Assembly (NCBI RefSeq): GCF_018977255.1
Contig: NW_024704783.1
Coordinates: 1-64,000 of the forward strand
Direction: 5' to 3'
DNA length: 64,000 nt
DNA from: Callorhinchus milii
Taxonomy: Eukaryota
Part shown: positions 1 to 13,845 of the stretch, in pieces
How the letters are laid out: each line of letters begins with the position of its first letter
How positions within the stretch are numbered: the stretch's first letter is position 1
The notes under the pieces: generated by a model
What the model saw: the letters and a program-made list of their open reading frames with translations, nothing else
The model's database searches: none
Told to the model about the DNA's origin: nothing
Position numbers and translations under genes: made by a program

Positions 1-392
1 CTGACCTACTATCCCCCTACCTCCTGCCCTACCCTACGATCCTCTGCCTCCGTCTGCTCCACAACCCCCGCCCCAACCGCCTACCATGGGGTCGGCCTTC
101 AGCCTCTCACCCTAGGCTTTGGAACTCTATCCCCAGTGCCTTCGCCGCCTCCTCCATTTCCTCCTCAAGGCCGTCTCAAGACCTTTCTCTTTGACGAGCC
201 TTCGGCTCCCCTCTCGACTCTCTACCCCTCCTCGCTCCCTCCCTTCCTCCCTCATGACATTTCCACCCTCGTCCTCCTCTCCCACCCTGACCAATTCCCC
301 CTGCTCGAGTCCTGACCCAACTGTACAGCGCCTTGGGACGTACTCCTGACGTGAAAGGCGCTCTATAAATGGAATGTTGTTCTTGTTGTTTT
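1..392 (+). mobile_element. L2-clade LINE, 3' end with terminal stem-loop and (TTG)n tail
   Basis: Ends in cagcgccttgggacgtactcctgacgtgaaaggcgctctataaatggaatgttgttcttgttg. The same 3' end recurs at 12951, 24568, 26138, 27659 and 52160, where upstream sequence translates to L2-type RT. Confidence 0.85.
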
Positions 393-1373
393 AGTCAGAC
401 AAAACATCAACAACAAAAACAAATCGATTACATTTGCACAGCGCCTTTCCTTCGGGAGGACTTCCCAAGCATCTGGAAACTGTTAAATTACGCACTTGCG
501 ACGAATACCAAAAGAGGAGAATCTTTGGTCTGTTATATAGTTTCCTTTGGTCGATAAGACACATAATCGCAGAAAAGGACACACTCACAAAGTCCCACAT
601 TTTTATCTGGCGAAGTTCCATGTCAATAAAATTATACAATCGATATAATCAATGTCTCCGTCGCCGTTTGTTGGTGGAATAAGTAAGATCAACTTGCAAA
701 ATGTACAAGAGGCTGGACATCCAACCGACACGCCATGTTTTAGGCACCGTAATACGTTTTTTATAAAGTGTTCTCATGGACAACACGACTAATCGGATGT
801 ATTATGGTAAATATGGATAGCACTGCGGAAGATAGTTATTTGAGGTGACGAGAACCACGGGGCACGGCCCTTGAGCGCACGAGAGTAACTGAAGACCTTT
901 TACAGCTCGACCCGCAGAGCTAATCATTGCAATAAATGCTTCAAAATCTTTTAGCCGTGAAAAGTCTACGCATTAGAATTTTGCCGTGTTTAGCAGAAGC
1001 GAAGTGAAGAACGATCATCGATGTCAATGACCGGATGAAACTACATTTCCTACCGATGAGTCAATCCGGCATTTCTGTCAAAACTGAGCCCTGATGATTT
1101 GTGGACACGTCCTTTTTCAGGGAAAGGACAACCGATATCGTCAGACAGGATTGCCTTGATTGCGTAATTTCATTGCAATGCAACAACCGTGGATCCAGCT
1201 CAGCTGCCAGAAGACTCCCTCATACCCTTATCCCAGCAGAGTAATGTTTTGTTTAGTTGATTTAATCTTAGCCATTTCTAGATGATCGGCCTTTTGTGAC
1301 TTTTCTGTCTTACTTTATCAATGCAAGTCTATCCAATGTCTTGGATTCAGTACATCCTTTGCTTTTCAACTTG

Positions 1374-3887
1374 ATGAGACATCACAGCTTTTCAGAAAAG
1401 GTGTATAAACCAGGCACAATATTCAAGATAATGTACATTTACTATCCTTTACTGGCTGCTATTTGTGTTCCAGGAACGTCTTCAAAAAATAAATTTAAAT
1501 CATGTGTTGCACGAGAGTGAAAATATACTCAAACTATTCTGGTTTGGCAGCTATTGTCACAAATGGAGAGGGAGAATATATCTACATGGAATTCTCTTAC
1601 TTGGTTAGTTTATTTATTTTATTTGCATTTCAGTGGGAGCCAAGTTGATTATTTATAGATGATGATCTTAAAATAACTGACGAAATTCGGCTCCTAATTG
1701 AAGAAACTAAGATTACGTTGTCAAATTCTATGTATCGAAACCACTGTCTACAATTGCGGACCCAGCTACCATATCTTCTCCGTTGTGGCTTTCATATTAC
1801 CATATATATTTATATCATAGGCGGAGAGCATTCCGTGTCTGCATTGTCTCTCAGCAATCTAATAACAACTGCCCGAAATTATATTCATGCAGCTTGAAGA
1901 CTTTTTTCCTCAGAAAGATATATTATATTAGTATTGTCCAACACTCAAGTCATATCGGTGCATATTCTGTATATGTGAATATACATGCTTTCATCATTTT
2001 GTTGGAGATTTTCAAGCGCGTACATTGAAATTTGTTGTGTATGTGCAATCTGTAGGCGAAACGCAGCCAAATTGAGACATCACAGTAACTTACAAATAGC
2101 CATGAATGAATGATGAACAGTCGTTCTGGAAATGTTTGCCAAGAGACAGGGAGAAACTCCCTTTCATTTTCCAAAGTGTCGCAGTATACTAAAACGTTTA
2201 CCTGAATAGACTTTAGCTTCTGTTGTTCATGTTACATGCGTAGGAGCGAACTTCTGAGAATACAACACCTCCTAAGCATCAAGCAGCATTTTTTTTGCAG
2301 GTCATGCAGCAACAATGCAGAGAGGAATGTGTGTTAAACATTCAGGTCGTCAGTACAAAGCCTGACTTGAGACTGAACTGAAGCTGAATAGAAATTGGAA
2401 TTTTTTTTGCCATATGATATTTTATCCGTAGAATAGAAACAGATTATTATCTTAAACAAGATATTATCTTGTGGTTTATATATTGGAAGCGATACAGGTG
2501 TAAATGAAATAGACCAGTTTACATCATGTCAAAATTGTTGGATTCTTTACGAAGGATTGACCGATTTGTGGAGTCCTGCATCTCAGTGGTAAGAGCACTC
2601 GCTTTGGAAGCGAGAGACCTGAGTTCAATTCCAGGCAGGGCGAAAGCTTGGGCAAGTTTCCTTACTCCACACGCCTAATAATATTCCTTCCAAAAACCAA
2701 AAACAATAATAAAATTGGTCATTTTTCAATCTACGACTGTTTGTGGGACATTGCTGTGAGTAATTGGATGCAGCGTTCGCACACAAATATACAGACAATT
2801 CACTTTACAGTGTGTTCTGTGAAGCACTTGGTGACCTCCTCCCGACGTGAAAAGCGCTACATCAAATGTAAGGATAATTATAATTATTATTATTATTATT
2901 ATTCTGCCATGATGCTACATTTGTGTCAATACCATGCTTCTGGTTTGAATTGGGCAGCAATTGACCTATTTCTTTCTTACAGTTTAGTTAATTGCGATCG
3001 TAATCCTACGCTCGGGGAAGGTGGGGGAAGGTGTGGTCTCTCCAGATGTATCTCTCGCTACCTTCTGTCCGTGTCAGCAGCCGATCAACTCGTTATTGTC
3101 AGCCATGTGATATTGCCTCGACTAAATTATCTTTATTTCCCAATTTGCTTCCTGGAACTCACTCCCGTATGTTCGCTCGGAACTAGTCTGCTTTGTGCAG
3201 CCAGTTACTTATCTGTGTGGCTAACAGACGTCTTCACCTTTGATCGCTTTGTAGCCATTTGCTGTCAGAAGCTCAAAAAATATTGCACCGAGAGAACAGC
3301 GGCTGTGGTGATAGGAACAGTTTGTGCATGGAGCTGCTTCGGAAAAATTCACTGGTAATTTAGTGATCAACCTTGGTATATAATTGATAATTTGCCTTGG
3401 TTCTGCAAGACAATTGAAAGCGTTTATGGTTCATGGGCCTGTGAGGTTTTTTCCTGGTCTCACACCTCACTAACCCCTTTTGTTTCCTTCGTTCTGATTT
3501 TGATGCTCAACACCCTGACAATCAGTCACATATGAGCCGCTAATAGAGACCGCAGAAATCTTCTCGGCCACAACAGCACTGAAAATTTAATGACCCACAG
3601 ATGGTCAACAGGAAAAAATCCATCGTAATTCTTTTCGCTATATCCGGGAGTTTTATAATTTTGTGGACATTCATTTTATATTTTTTCTACAGAAGATTGT
3701 AAATTATTATATTTACTCCGGCTACACTGATCCAATCTATGTTCTGTATGAAACTGGATGCATGCTGCATCTTCCCAGTAGCTGCACAAACACGTCTATT
3801 TATGCTTCGGGCCCGGAAAAATTCCGAGATGAATTGAAAAATGGAGGAAAGTATCCCTTAAAATTGATACGCAAATTGTTGCAATAA
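1374..3887 (+). pseudogene. GPR139/142-like class A GPCR pseudogene (exon 1 ~1374-1473, exon 2 2983-3887)
   Basis: Exon 1 encodes ...IYYPLLAAICVP, but its donor reads g|gaacgt (no GT/GC). Exon 2 follows ttcttacag and has an early TAG, a ggggaaggt duplication causing a frameshift, then CGLSRCISRYL...FTFDRFVAICCQ, a stop at 3358, further frameshifts, and SSCTNTSIYA...KFRDELK. Confidence 0.9.
2568..2902 (+). mobile_element. tRNA-headed Deu-domain SINE with L2-derived 3' tail
   Basis: tRNA-like head (ctcagtggtaagagcactcgc...gagttcaattcc), central tgctgtg..aattggatgcagcgttcgc core, tail cccgacgtgaaaagcgctac and (TAT)n. Confidence 0.8.
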
Positions 3888-4439
3888 TGAGAAAATGCTG
3901 CCCCAAATCATACCTGATTAGACATATAGTTTTTGCGTATAAGTGCAATATGCCTTTGCTTCTGTCCCAAGGGCTGTGCAGCCCCTATGCACAACTCTGC
4001 TGCCCTGTCAGCCTCCAGGAACGGCACCACGTCTTGACTTGGCCTCAATGGCTCCCTATGTCTTATTGGATTGAGTTCTCTCGTAAAGATCCCGCCCTTG
4101 TATTGACCCACCGATCTCTGAAACCGCATTCCCTCACACTAACAGATATGTTCCTTTCGCTCACCCGGCACTGTTCGACTCCTTCGCACCCGCTCTGGCC
4201 GACCCACCATAATCGTTTGACGTACCAGGAAATTTGCGCAAACTCTCTGTTACTTCTTTCCCAATAACCACCAAATTGCTCCCTCTCACTCCTCAATTTA
4301 AGTTTGTTCCCTAAAGGCAGTTTGACTGTTTAGACAAATAAGCAGGTTTGAGAGTAATTCAAAGTAAATGTTTTAGATCTTACACTCAAATTGTCCATTG
4401 TATGTCCACAGCATCTGACCAGCAGCTTCATGGTCCATT

Positions 4440-4960
4440 CTTTGCCATCATTTCCCGAAGTTCAGTAGTGTTTTACCTGCTATTGATCGTTTCCATCCGC
4501 AGGAAAGTCACTCCATTGACTCCCCATCCGCCAAAGGATCGAGTTCAAGATCCTGGTCCACACCTTTAACGCAATCGATGGCCTTGCCCCCACCCAACTC
4601 TTTGACCTACTGACTCCATACCAACCTGCCCACTCCCTCCGTTCAGCTGTCTCCGGCCTTCTGCAAGTTTCTCGCCCGACCCGCCTTACCATCGGTAGCC
4701 GGGCTTTCAGCTTCTCTGCCCCCATAATCTGGAAGGCCAACCCACGGTTCCTTCGCTTGCTTCCTCCCTGGCCTCCTTTGAGGACGGTCTGAAATGCCTC
4801 CTCTTCGATCGTGCCTTCGGTCGCACTCCCACTTCTCTGCCTCCCCTCTCTCCTACACCACGCCTGCCCCATGCTCGCGTCCTGAATCCTGACAGTCCAG
4901 CAACTTGCGACGTCCTCCCGACGTGAAAGGCGCTCTATGAATGTAATTTTGTTGTTATTA
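4440..4960 (+). mobile_element. L2 LINE 3' fragment
   Basis: Translates (with decay) to the RT C-terminal LHWLP..RIEFKIL..TF/AI motif and ends in cgtcctcccgacgtgaaaggcgctct plus a TTG/TTA tail. Confidence 0.7.
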
Positions 4961-5142
4961 TTGTTGTGTGATTAATGATTCCTTCAAAAATTAACAATAA
5001 TAATTTGTTAACTCAATTCACCGGAAACTACTGTGTGTAAATAGAAGCCACATTACCTCCACAAATATACAGTGAATTCACGTTACAATACATGTTGTGA
5101 AACGCTTTGAGTAATGTGGAAGACTTGATAAAGCTTCATATC

Positions 5143-5490
5143 GTGGAGTTCTTTCGCTCAGTTCTTAGAGCACCCACCTCGAAAGCGGTAGACCTGTGTT
5201 CAATTCCAGACAGGTTGAAATATCTCTTTATGCCTAGCAGTATGTAGGAAGAGGATTGTAAGTCGATTGGCGGATCGCTTTCCGAGGGTAATAATTCCTT
5301 CGAAAATAGATAATAATAATAATTTTTAACTTCAATCCATGGCTGTTTTAGGTGCAGTTCTGTGAGCAATTGACTGTTGCATTCACGAAATACGCCGTCA
5401 ATTCGATCTATAATGAGCCGCTTTGAGACATCTCGAAGATGTGATGAAGCTCTATGTCAAATTCATGGATTACCATATCCTTATTGTTTA
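5143..5490 (+). mobile_element. Decayed tRNA-headed SINE copy
   Basis: Head gtggagttctttcgctcagttcttagagcac...gttcaattcc, tail gctttgagacatctcgaagatgtgatgaagctct. Confidence 0.6.
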
Positions 5491-7499
5491 TCAGTTGCAA
5501 TGATTATTTTATATCGCATTAGGAAGGGTCGGGAGCGAGGCTAACGAAATGTTGTATGCAGTCCCAAAGGGTAGGGCAGACATTTTGAATGCTCGACTGC
5601 CAATGTGTTTATGCTGAATGGAGAGAAGCACCAGATTGGGAAATGCTACTATTTCACGGTTGTTGAAAGAAACAACAGTTTGTAGGGGTTTGAAACCAGA
5701 TGAGGATTTTCAAGCTAGGGAAGCTAGTGGAGCCGGAGAGATTACGGCGGAAGCATCAGGGATCCTGTTGTCAGAGAGGACATGAGTTGCAGAGCTGTGG
5801 ATGATCTGCAGCTTTTCGGCAAATGGAGGAGTGAGGAAGTGGCGAAGCCCGTCAGTGATGTGCAGGTTGAGGAACGCAGAGCATATCAAGACTCAAATTT
5901 TGGGTAGAAAGGATACTTGAAGTTCAAATAAGACGGCAAGTTTCAGAGCTTCTCAGTGAGAAGTAAAATGTACTCATGAATGGTGATGCTATCAGAGAAT
6001 GAGTAGTGTAGGCGCTGAAGGGAAACAATCAGGAATGAATCTACATTGTTGACCTTCAGCTGCAGAAAGTTACTTTAAAATCTCATCTCTCTCTGTAAAT
6101 AAATCGCTGAATAAATATTTTGAAAATAACAAAATCGTGTCCTTGTTTCTCATTATTCTACATTAACTCAAACATACATCGTTATCATCAATAATTTGGT
6201 GTGAGAGGAGGATAGAGGCTTGATGTTTCAGGGGATGGATTGAAGTGTCCGAGTGAGATGGATAGATAATTGTGGAGTCCAGGGGTGGACTTTCGTGTGG
6301 CAGAGCTATTGGTATTCACTCGCCATATGTTAACAGGTTCCTCTTTCTAAGGTAATCACATATGTCTACACAAATGTCATACTACTTCGAACAAATAGTG
6401 ATATATTATAAAATTACCACAATTCGCTCTTTGGTTCCTCAGTGAATGAATATTAGATTTCCGTCCTGCTGACACGCTCTGCGGTTCCCCTCTAATTCAG
6501 TGTTGCCTGGCTTAGCCAGACTCACGCACACGTTCATCACATTCAGGCTTCTCAAACTCCGTGCTTGTCGGCCTCTCCAAATCCTCCCTCAACAAGAAGG
6601 ACATCATGAAGAACGCTCAAACCCGTGGCCTCACCAGCATCAGTCTCCATGACCCCGTCACCAGCCCTCCACTCATTGTCTCGGTTACTCGCTCTCCGCC
6701 CACACACCTCCACCCCCAACCACCCCCACACAACCCCCACCCACCCCCACATCACTCCTCCCCTCCATTTGTGTTTGTTGCCCGGATATTAACTTTTCCT
6801 TCACGCCCCACTTGACTTCTTCCATTGTTATTTTTTTCTCTATTCCTGTCGCAGTCCTTTTTGTGTGACTTCCTGCTTTCGCTCCACCATCTTCTGCCTC
6901 GCCGGCACTCCGGGCTGACGGAGCAGGACTGGTTCCTTGGGGGTGCGGAAAAGGTGTCCCATTTCACTGCACTTGTTACACCTTTAGCCTATGCGGCACT
7001 CTTTTGCCCAGTGGCCATAACTTTTGCTGTTCCAACACTAAATCGTTGTCCAGGCTGCAATTTAGTGGACCACTAAATCCGCATCTCAGGCACGCTCGAA
7101 CTGTCCAAGATAGGAAATTGTGAACTTAAGTTCTCAAAGTTAAATAGGGAGGGGATGTGAGCAACAATCCCCTCACGTCTCGGGTGCAGCTTCAGCCGCA
7201 CCTCGCACTTGGATGTCCAGACTCCTGCCTCATTAACCTGCCTTATATCTAGTACGCCTCACAGTGTCTCTCCCCAAAAAACGGATATCGACGTCCGGAC
7301 TTGAGGGTTGGGTGGTCATTCATTCTTACAGGGTATTTCTTATCCAGTCTTAACCTCTATTGGAAAAGGGCCCTAATCTCACATGAGGCTAGCATCCCGT
7401 CCTCTTTTTTCCGGAGGGCGATCTTGTTTGATGTCATTGGCTCCTCGTACGAGACTGTTTGTGGGACACTGCTATGTGTTTAAGTCCAACCTTCGCTAC

Positions 7500-7880
7500 T
7501 TAGCGGCTTCCCACCGCGACATCAAGGCTTCTCTCTGCCTTTTTACAATCATTCACACTTGGCTCCAGTTCCAGGCCAATCTGAGCTCCCGCCATATTAC
7601 TTTCACTTCCCACTTCACCATCCTCTGCTATTTCCCCACTTTGCAACGCTGTCCTCACCCTTTGCAACTCCATCCCGTAGTCCCTCAGCCTCTCCCCCAA
7701 CCTTGCGTCCTTCAAGATCCATTTCAAAACACTTCTCTTCGACGGTCCTTTTGATCACCCTGTTTTCACACCCTCCCCACACCCTTCCCTATTCCACCCG
7801 CAAGCTCGCGTCCGAAACGGTGACTGTCTAGCGACTTGGGCCGTCCTTCCGACGTGATAGGCGCTGAACAAGTGTAATTC
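7500..7880 (+). mobile_element. L2 LINE 3' fragment (decayed)
   Basis: Similar to the 3' region at 1-392; ends gggccgtccttccgacgtgataggcgct. Confidence 0.55.
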
Positions 7881-9224
7881 TTGTGTTGTTATTTATATCA
7901 ACTTTCTAACTTTCTCCTCCTCACTTTTCCTCACCATTTTGTCTTTCCTAGTTTTCTCTCCTCTCCTCTTTTCAATTTCTTTGTGACGTCGCCACGACGT
8001 GAAAGGCGCTCTATAAATGTATTTTTTATTTGTTTTCTCCCCCTCCCTCTTGTCTCACTTCTCTTTTCTCGAAAACCATTCAACTCTCACTGTTACCGTG
8101 ACTTGTCTCCCCTCCCCATTTCAACTTTACTGACATTTTCTCATTTACAGAGAAGGACACGAAAGCGCACACATTTGCAGAAACAAACAGACTGATACAC
8201 ATATACACAGGCATACACAACCACCAACACACACAGAAATAAGCATACGCGGGCACACACACGGGCATAAATAGCGACAGACATGCAGACAGGCAAACAA
8301 ACACACACAGTTAATATCACACACTATATATATGCTTAATGTTAATATCATACTATACAGATGTGTGATACGATCAAACATATTCAATGCTGCCCATGCG
8401 AGAGAAGTGGGCTAATGTTAGAAAATAAAATGAGCCGTATTCCGTTAGCAAACAGATACCTGACTGTTTTATTATTATTCGTTCGTTATTCTCCAATATC
8501 CCGATGGGTCAGACCAAAGGCCGGTGCAATCAACAGATCTTATAACAGAAGAATACCACTGCAGATATCTTGAGTTCAACACTGTGTTTTTACAGCACAC
8601 AAGCTTGATTTTCATGCTTTCAGTCTTCTTGTTTACAGTTTTAAATTTTCCATCTGATATCCTCAGTCTGAGTGTTTCTAGCTCTCAGTCTTCCATCTCC
8701 CGTTCCCTTGTCTGCACAGCCCGGGATGGCCCCATATCCCGTACCTTTGTCTCCGCGATCCGTGACTGCCACGTACACAAAGTTATCGGAACTCTTATAC
8801 CGATGTTCGTCCAATCATGATGCGGACATTAGATCACCTGGTCGAAATCGTGCTGGGTTCAGGTGAACACGTCATGGGGTGTACGTGTCTCACCACACAT
8901 ACACATTGTCCTTAAGACCCCTGTTATCTGATGCTTTTTATTTTGTAAGGCGGGATCATTAATACATTCCTTTTAAGTGACTGGTTATTTCTTATCATTG
9001 GCTCGGGATGGTAGCAGTGCCCTTTAGTTTAAGCAACTTGCCGGCTAGCTGCTATTCGTGCGGGTTGCCTATTGTTGCTCCTGAGTGTTAATCATGATTG
9101 TCAGTCCAGTTGTCCCCCAAACTTAACTTAAAAGTTAAATCGTTCGCAACATCTATTATGATTCTAACATTATACAAAAAGTGTAAATTCTAACACTACC
9201 TTTTAATGTGTAGACACCATCATT

Positions 9225-9320
9225 GTTTATTGTACAAAAATGAAATATCTGTTAATGTTTTGCACAAAGAAAATCGCACTGATTCCCAAGCAAATTTTTT
9301 TCAATAAATGTATTTATTGT
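9225..9320 (-). pseudogene. Possible short remnant of a GPCR exon 2 duplicate (TM4 region)
   Basis: Minus strand reads GISAIFFVQNINRYFIF, against VLSVFFFVQNIPWYFAY in the neighbouring gene. A 20-nt stretch aatgttttgcacaaagaaaa is identical to ~10245. Confidence 0.3.
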
Positions 9321-9695
9321 TATCCCAAAGCCTCGAATCCACGTACAATCAGCCCGCTTTATGTCTCTTCACACGTTTGTTTCATTGACACAAACAGACA
9401 TATGAAGCCACATAAACATACAGACACTCCGACACTTAAACACATAGGCACAGCAACAACTAGCACCTATATCGCATATCCCGTGCTCAAAGCGCCAAAC
9501 ATTAGCGTGGCATCCACCGCCCGCCACCAACCCCCAAAACCCTCCCACCCCCCCACAAACGAAACACACACACAAATAGAGAGTCACAGAAACACAAATA
9601 CGCTGTAGACAGACGCACCCTTACACACAAATAGGATCAACCGAATCACTGGGCCTTTCCAGTCGCACAGACATAAACATAACTGCAACAGTTAG

Positions 9696-11434
9696 TCAAT
9701 GAAATAATCGAACAATTAGCACATAAGGAAATGTCCCCGCTTTCTTAATCTCCTCTCTGAATTTAGTCTGGGTAACTGCATATATACAAGTGTTTGTACA
9801 GGAGCTCAAAAGCTGCAGCATAAAGCCAGTTCGCCAAATGATGTACACAGGGTCCTTCGCCCCTTTGAAGTAATGTGTTTTTGAAATCCTCCAGTATAAG
9901 TAATATAAAACATATGTCAACCATAATAATATAAAATTGGCAGAAACAGCAAAGAGTAAAATGATGGATTTCTTTCTGTTCCTCATCTCTGGATCACTGT
10001 CACTCGCTCCTCTATTCCTGTCCCCATCACTGTGTCCCCGCAATCTACTGCGCGCTCGACTGGCCACCAGTATGTGTCTGACGGTTAAGGCGTTGAGCAG
10101 CAAAATCAGAAAAAATGGGGTTAAAATAATGCTGAGCATGTCAAACACTATCCATGGGAGAAAAGTGAGAAAGCTTTTTATAATGGCACAACGCCAAGGA
10201 ATATTGTTAATTATGGACACAGATTCATATGCAAAATACCAGGGAATGTTTTGCACAAAGAAAAACACACTCAATACCGCTATGACTGTACAAGCTGTTT
10301 TTTCGGTGCAATAATTTGTTTTCAGATTTTGGCAACAGATGGCGACATATCGGTCAAAGGTGAAAGCTACAGTTAACCATACAGAAATTGCTCTTGTTGC
10401 CAAATCCAGTACATTTAGCATTATGCAAACTGGACTGATGTACACGAACGAATATGGGAAGTAAAATTGAATAATTCTTCCGAAAATCACCGATATAATA
10501 ACCACAATCAGATCAGCCACTGACATAGCCACCAGATAGCGAGAAATACATTTGGATAGACCGCACCTCCCGCGAGATAGGACCACTATCGCCATTAAGT
10601 TAGCTACATTGAGAGAGAGAGGGGGAAAGAGAAATAATCAGACAAAATGATCCATTAAAAAACTGATTTATAATGACCCATTATTTCAGTGTACATTTTG
10701 CTGATCAAGTGAAAGCTGTGGTGTTACTGCTTGGAAAACTGATGCCTCTCCGATGAAACATCCTACTTCTACACACGTGAATAAAGATGGAGACAAACTT
10801 GATTCTCTGTCGATCAACACGCAAGGCGGAATACAGACAGAAAGAGACACGTAGAGAGTTACCAGGATCACATGAGAGAGATAGAGAGTGAGTAAGCGAG
10901 AGAGAGCGAGCGAGAGAGAGACAGGGTTAGACACACACACTCAGAGACAGCGAGGGAGAGAGAGAGAGAGAGAGAAAGAGATACATGCAGGCAGAGAGTG
11001 ACACATAAGAAAATAGAGCGGTGAACACACAGATAGAGTGAGATGTCTGTAGAAACGGACAAAGCGAATGAAAGAGATGGACAGAGTGAGAGTGAGAGGC
11101 ACACATAGAGACAAAGGGAGATACAGAGAAAGAGAAAGATGCAAACAGAGAAGGCGAGTTACAAACAAAAGCAGGGACAGGAACATTTACACAGAGATAA
11201 CGTTTGAGATACAGAGCGAGATACGCAAAACGTCTGAGAAACACACACGCACACAAACACACACACATACACGCATGGACACACACAATCCCTACAGTAA
11301 AAAAAAACTAAATAATACACCCAAGTGGAGAGACAGATACTCACAGTCAGAGAGAGAATGAGTTATAGAGAGCGTGAGATGAAAGCATACGGTTAGAGAT
11401 AGAATGAAAGAGAGAGAAAGAGAGAGCTAGAAAG

Positions 11435-11465
<31 letters not shown>

Positions 11466-11880
11466 AAAAGATTCGTTAAGAAATAGGAACAGATACAGAG
11501 AGAACGTTACACAGATACACACAGACACGAAGAGGTAAAACGTCAACAAGAGTTTGCATTTACATAACGACCTCCACACGGGGTAGCTGACACAGAAAGA
11601 GAGAGATACCGAGAGCCAGATGCAGCGATACAGAGACAGAGAGAGATGGAGAGAAAGGGAGACACATACATGTAGAGACACAGATATATAAAGAGAGATA
11701 TGGAGACAAACAGGTAGAGAAAGGAGAAAGATAAAGGAATAAACATAGAATGAGACAGACCAACAGACAGACAAATCCAGAGACACACAAAGATAGACAG
11801 AGACAGATTCAGACACACACTCGCTGACACACAACGAAATAGAGAGGAAGAGGCACACAGAAAGACAGGGAGGCAGAGAA

Positions 11881-11938
<58 letters not shown>

Positions 11939-12673
11939 AAAGACAGTGAGATAGACAGAGAGAAAACAATGCAGATAGCGAGAGAGAGACTCAGAGCGAG
12001 AGAGCGAGAGAGACAGACTGAGAGAAAGAGATAGGAAGAGAAGGATGAGAGAAAGACAGAGAGAGAGCGAGAGAGAGAGAGAGAACGAGTAAGAGATACA
12101 TACACAGAGACACGTGAGAACAAAAAGACCTACAGAAACAAATAGCTCGTCACAGTCTATTGAATTTTTGAAAATTTGTATGAATTTGAACATTGCCCAT
12201 TCATATGTATCTCAAATATATAAAAGTAATTAACGCAGTTACAAAATTTAAAACATAGGATCTCTATACGATTATCGTGAGAAGTGACACTGTGTATCAA
12301 TTTAGTTCAGGTCTGATATGCTGCCTTGTGTGAAAGGAGCTGCACTTTAGCGCTGAATATAAACCACCTGTGCGGGGTACGCTGCAATCTTGCACTGGAT
12401 GTAAAATCTTACACGCTACCCTGTGTGAGCGACACGATACAAATGCCATTTGTTTTTCATTGTCACCTTCCATTGTGGGGTAAATTACCGGACAAGAGAT
12501 TAACTCCACAACTCTCTGATTCAGGTGGGAGTGAACTGAACAACTAAGTCGACTGAAATTTTACTGCACGTGAAATTAAATTATGACTTGGTCAACCACT
12601 TGCCAGGAACTCCAAGAGCAGCGAGAATCGGATAGTAAATGTCTTCTATCAGAAAGATTACTGGATACGTCAT
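9696..12673 (-). CDS. GPR139/142-like orphan class A GPCR, complement(join(9696..10603,12604..12673)), 325 aa
   Basis: Exon 1 is 70 nt, MTYPVIFLIEDIYYPILAALGVP, with donor G|gcaagt. Exon 2 starts after ctctcaatgtag with (A)NLMAIVVLSRGRCGLS. Seven hydrophobic segments, TFDRY, NTCIY. Joined length 978 nt, in frame. Confidence 0.9.
10850..12130. repeat. Long AG/AC-rich low-complexity tract within the GPCR intron
   Basis: Extended (AG)n and AGAC/ACAC runs. It produces the spurious L/S-rich ORFs in the track. Confidence 0.9.
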
Positions 12674-12950
12674 CTTCCCAGAGAAAGTAGGGATTCCTCT
12701 TCTGCTTACAGACAGTAGCTCGTCCAAAACAGCTGAAGAGAATCAAATAGAGTCCTATTTTATTCAAAGTGGAATGCTTTGTTGCACAAATACCATGTGC
12801 AAATGCAAATAGCTGTTAAAGTATTTAAATTACCTGAGAGATCTATTTGTGTCCCCACATACATATGGATTTCCCCTGTCTGGAAAAGAAGGCACACGAT
12901 CTCAATGGGGACAAGCACCCTGATAAACTAATTGGTAACAGCATGGGCAG

Positions 12951-13445
12951 AACAACAACAACAACAACAAGATTCCATTTACAAAGCGCCTTTCACGTCA
13001 GGAGGACGTCCCAAGGCGCTGCACAGTTGGGTCATGACCCGAGCATTGGGGGGAAATGGTCAGAGTGAGGGGAGGGAAGGGAGGGAGCGAGGAGGGGGGA
13101 AATGGTCAGGGTGAGGGGAGGGAAGGGAGGGAGTGAGGAGGAAGAGTGTCGAGAGGGGAGCTGAAGGCTGAAGGTCAAGGAGAAAGGTCTTGAGACCGGC
13201 CTTGAAAGAGGAAAGGGAGGAAGCGGCGAAGGCACTGGGGGATGGAGTTCCAGAGCCTGGGGCCTGAGAGGATGAAGGCCCGACCACCGATGGTACGGCG
13301 GTTGGGGCGGGGGACATGGAGCAGAGCGGAGCAAGAGGAACGGAGGGTACGGGTAGGTAGGTAGGGGGATAGCAGGTTGGAGAGGTAGGTGGGAGCGAGG
13401 ACGTGAATGGCCTTGTAGGTGCGGATGAGGATCTTGAAATCAATC
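12951..13445 (-). mobile_element. L2 LINE 3' end
   Basis: (CAA)n tail at 12951; the minus strand translates IDFKILIRTYKAIHVLAP...GRAF...PRLWNSIP. Confidence 0.85.
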
Positions 13446-13845
13446 CCAGTGTGGCTGCTGATGTTAAAATATCCCATGGCACTGTTCAAATAAATGCACG
13501 GATTTTCTCCCAGTGTCGTGGCCTTGAAACCCACAGATACAATTAATCCCTCACTTCTTGTAATTTTCTCGGGCATTTGCTTTGTGCAATCGGTCTGCAG
13601 GGTTTTAAATCTATAGATACACTATTTTAGCGATTGATGAAACTTGTGCAACAGTTTCCCTCGGGAGACGGTTGAGCCGTCTGTTCAAAAACAGAGTAGA
13701 CAGTTCTCTTTTAGGAAATAGCATGTTGCAACACAGCACACAGGCAGTTCGGGGCCTATGTGCTTGCGATTGCCAGGTAGATGGAAGGCGAAGTAAATGT
13801 CCTTGCTCCCGCGTTTAGTATGCCCTGATGTTTCATCAAATAGTA
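13446..13845 (+). mobile_element. Deu-domain-containing interspersed repeat; second copy at ~16230-16640
   Basis: Starts gatgttaaaatatcccatggcactgttc (Deu-like). Shares blocks gggagacggttga, caaaaacaga and tatgtgcttgcga..gccagg...ggaaggcgaa.taaatg with the 16.2-16.6 kb copy. Confidence 0.6.

Noticed and set aside
1562-1960. Additional alternative GPCR 5' exons (MERENISTWNSLT; LRKIYY...)
   Set aside because: Suggestive motifs, but frames and donor sites could not be reconciled.
2568-2645. tRNA genes at the SINE heads (also 20878, 23215, 34189, 35309, 36460, 56935)
   Set aside because: Only A/B-box-like heads with no complete cloverleaf, each followed by a Deu core and LINE tail. These are SINEs.
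10686-12193. Long L/S/C-rich ORFs (e.g. 11543..12193)
   Set aside because: Translation artefacts of AG/CT simple repeats.
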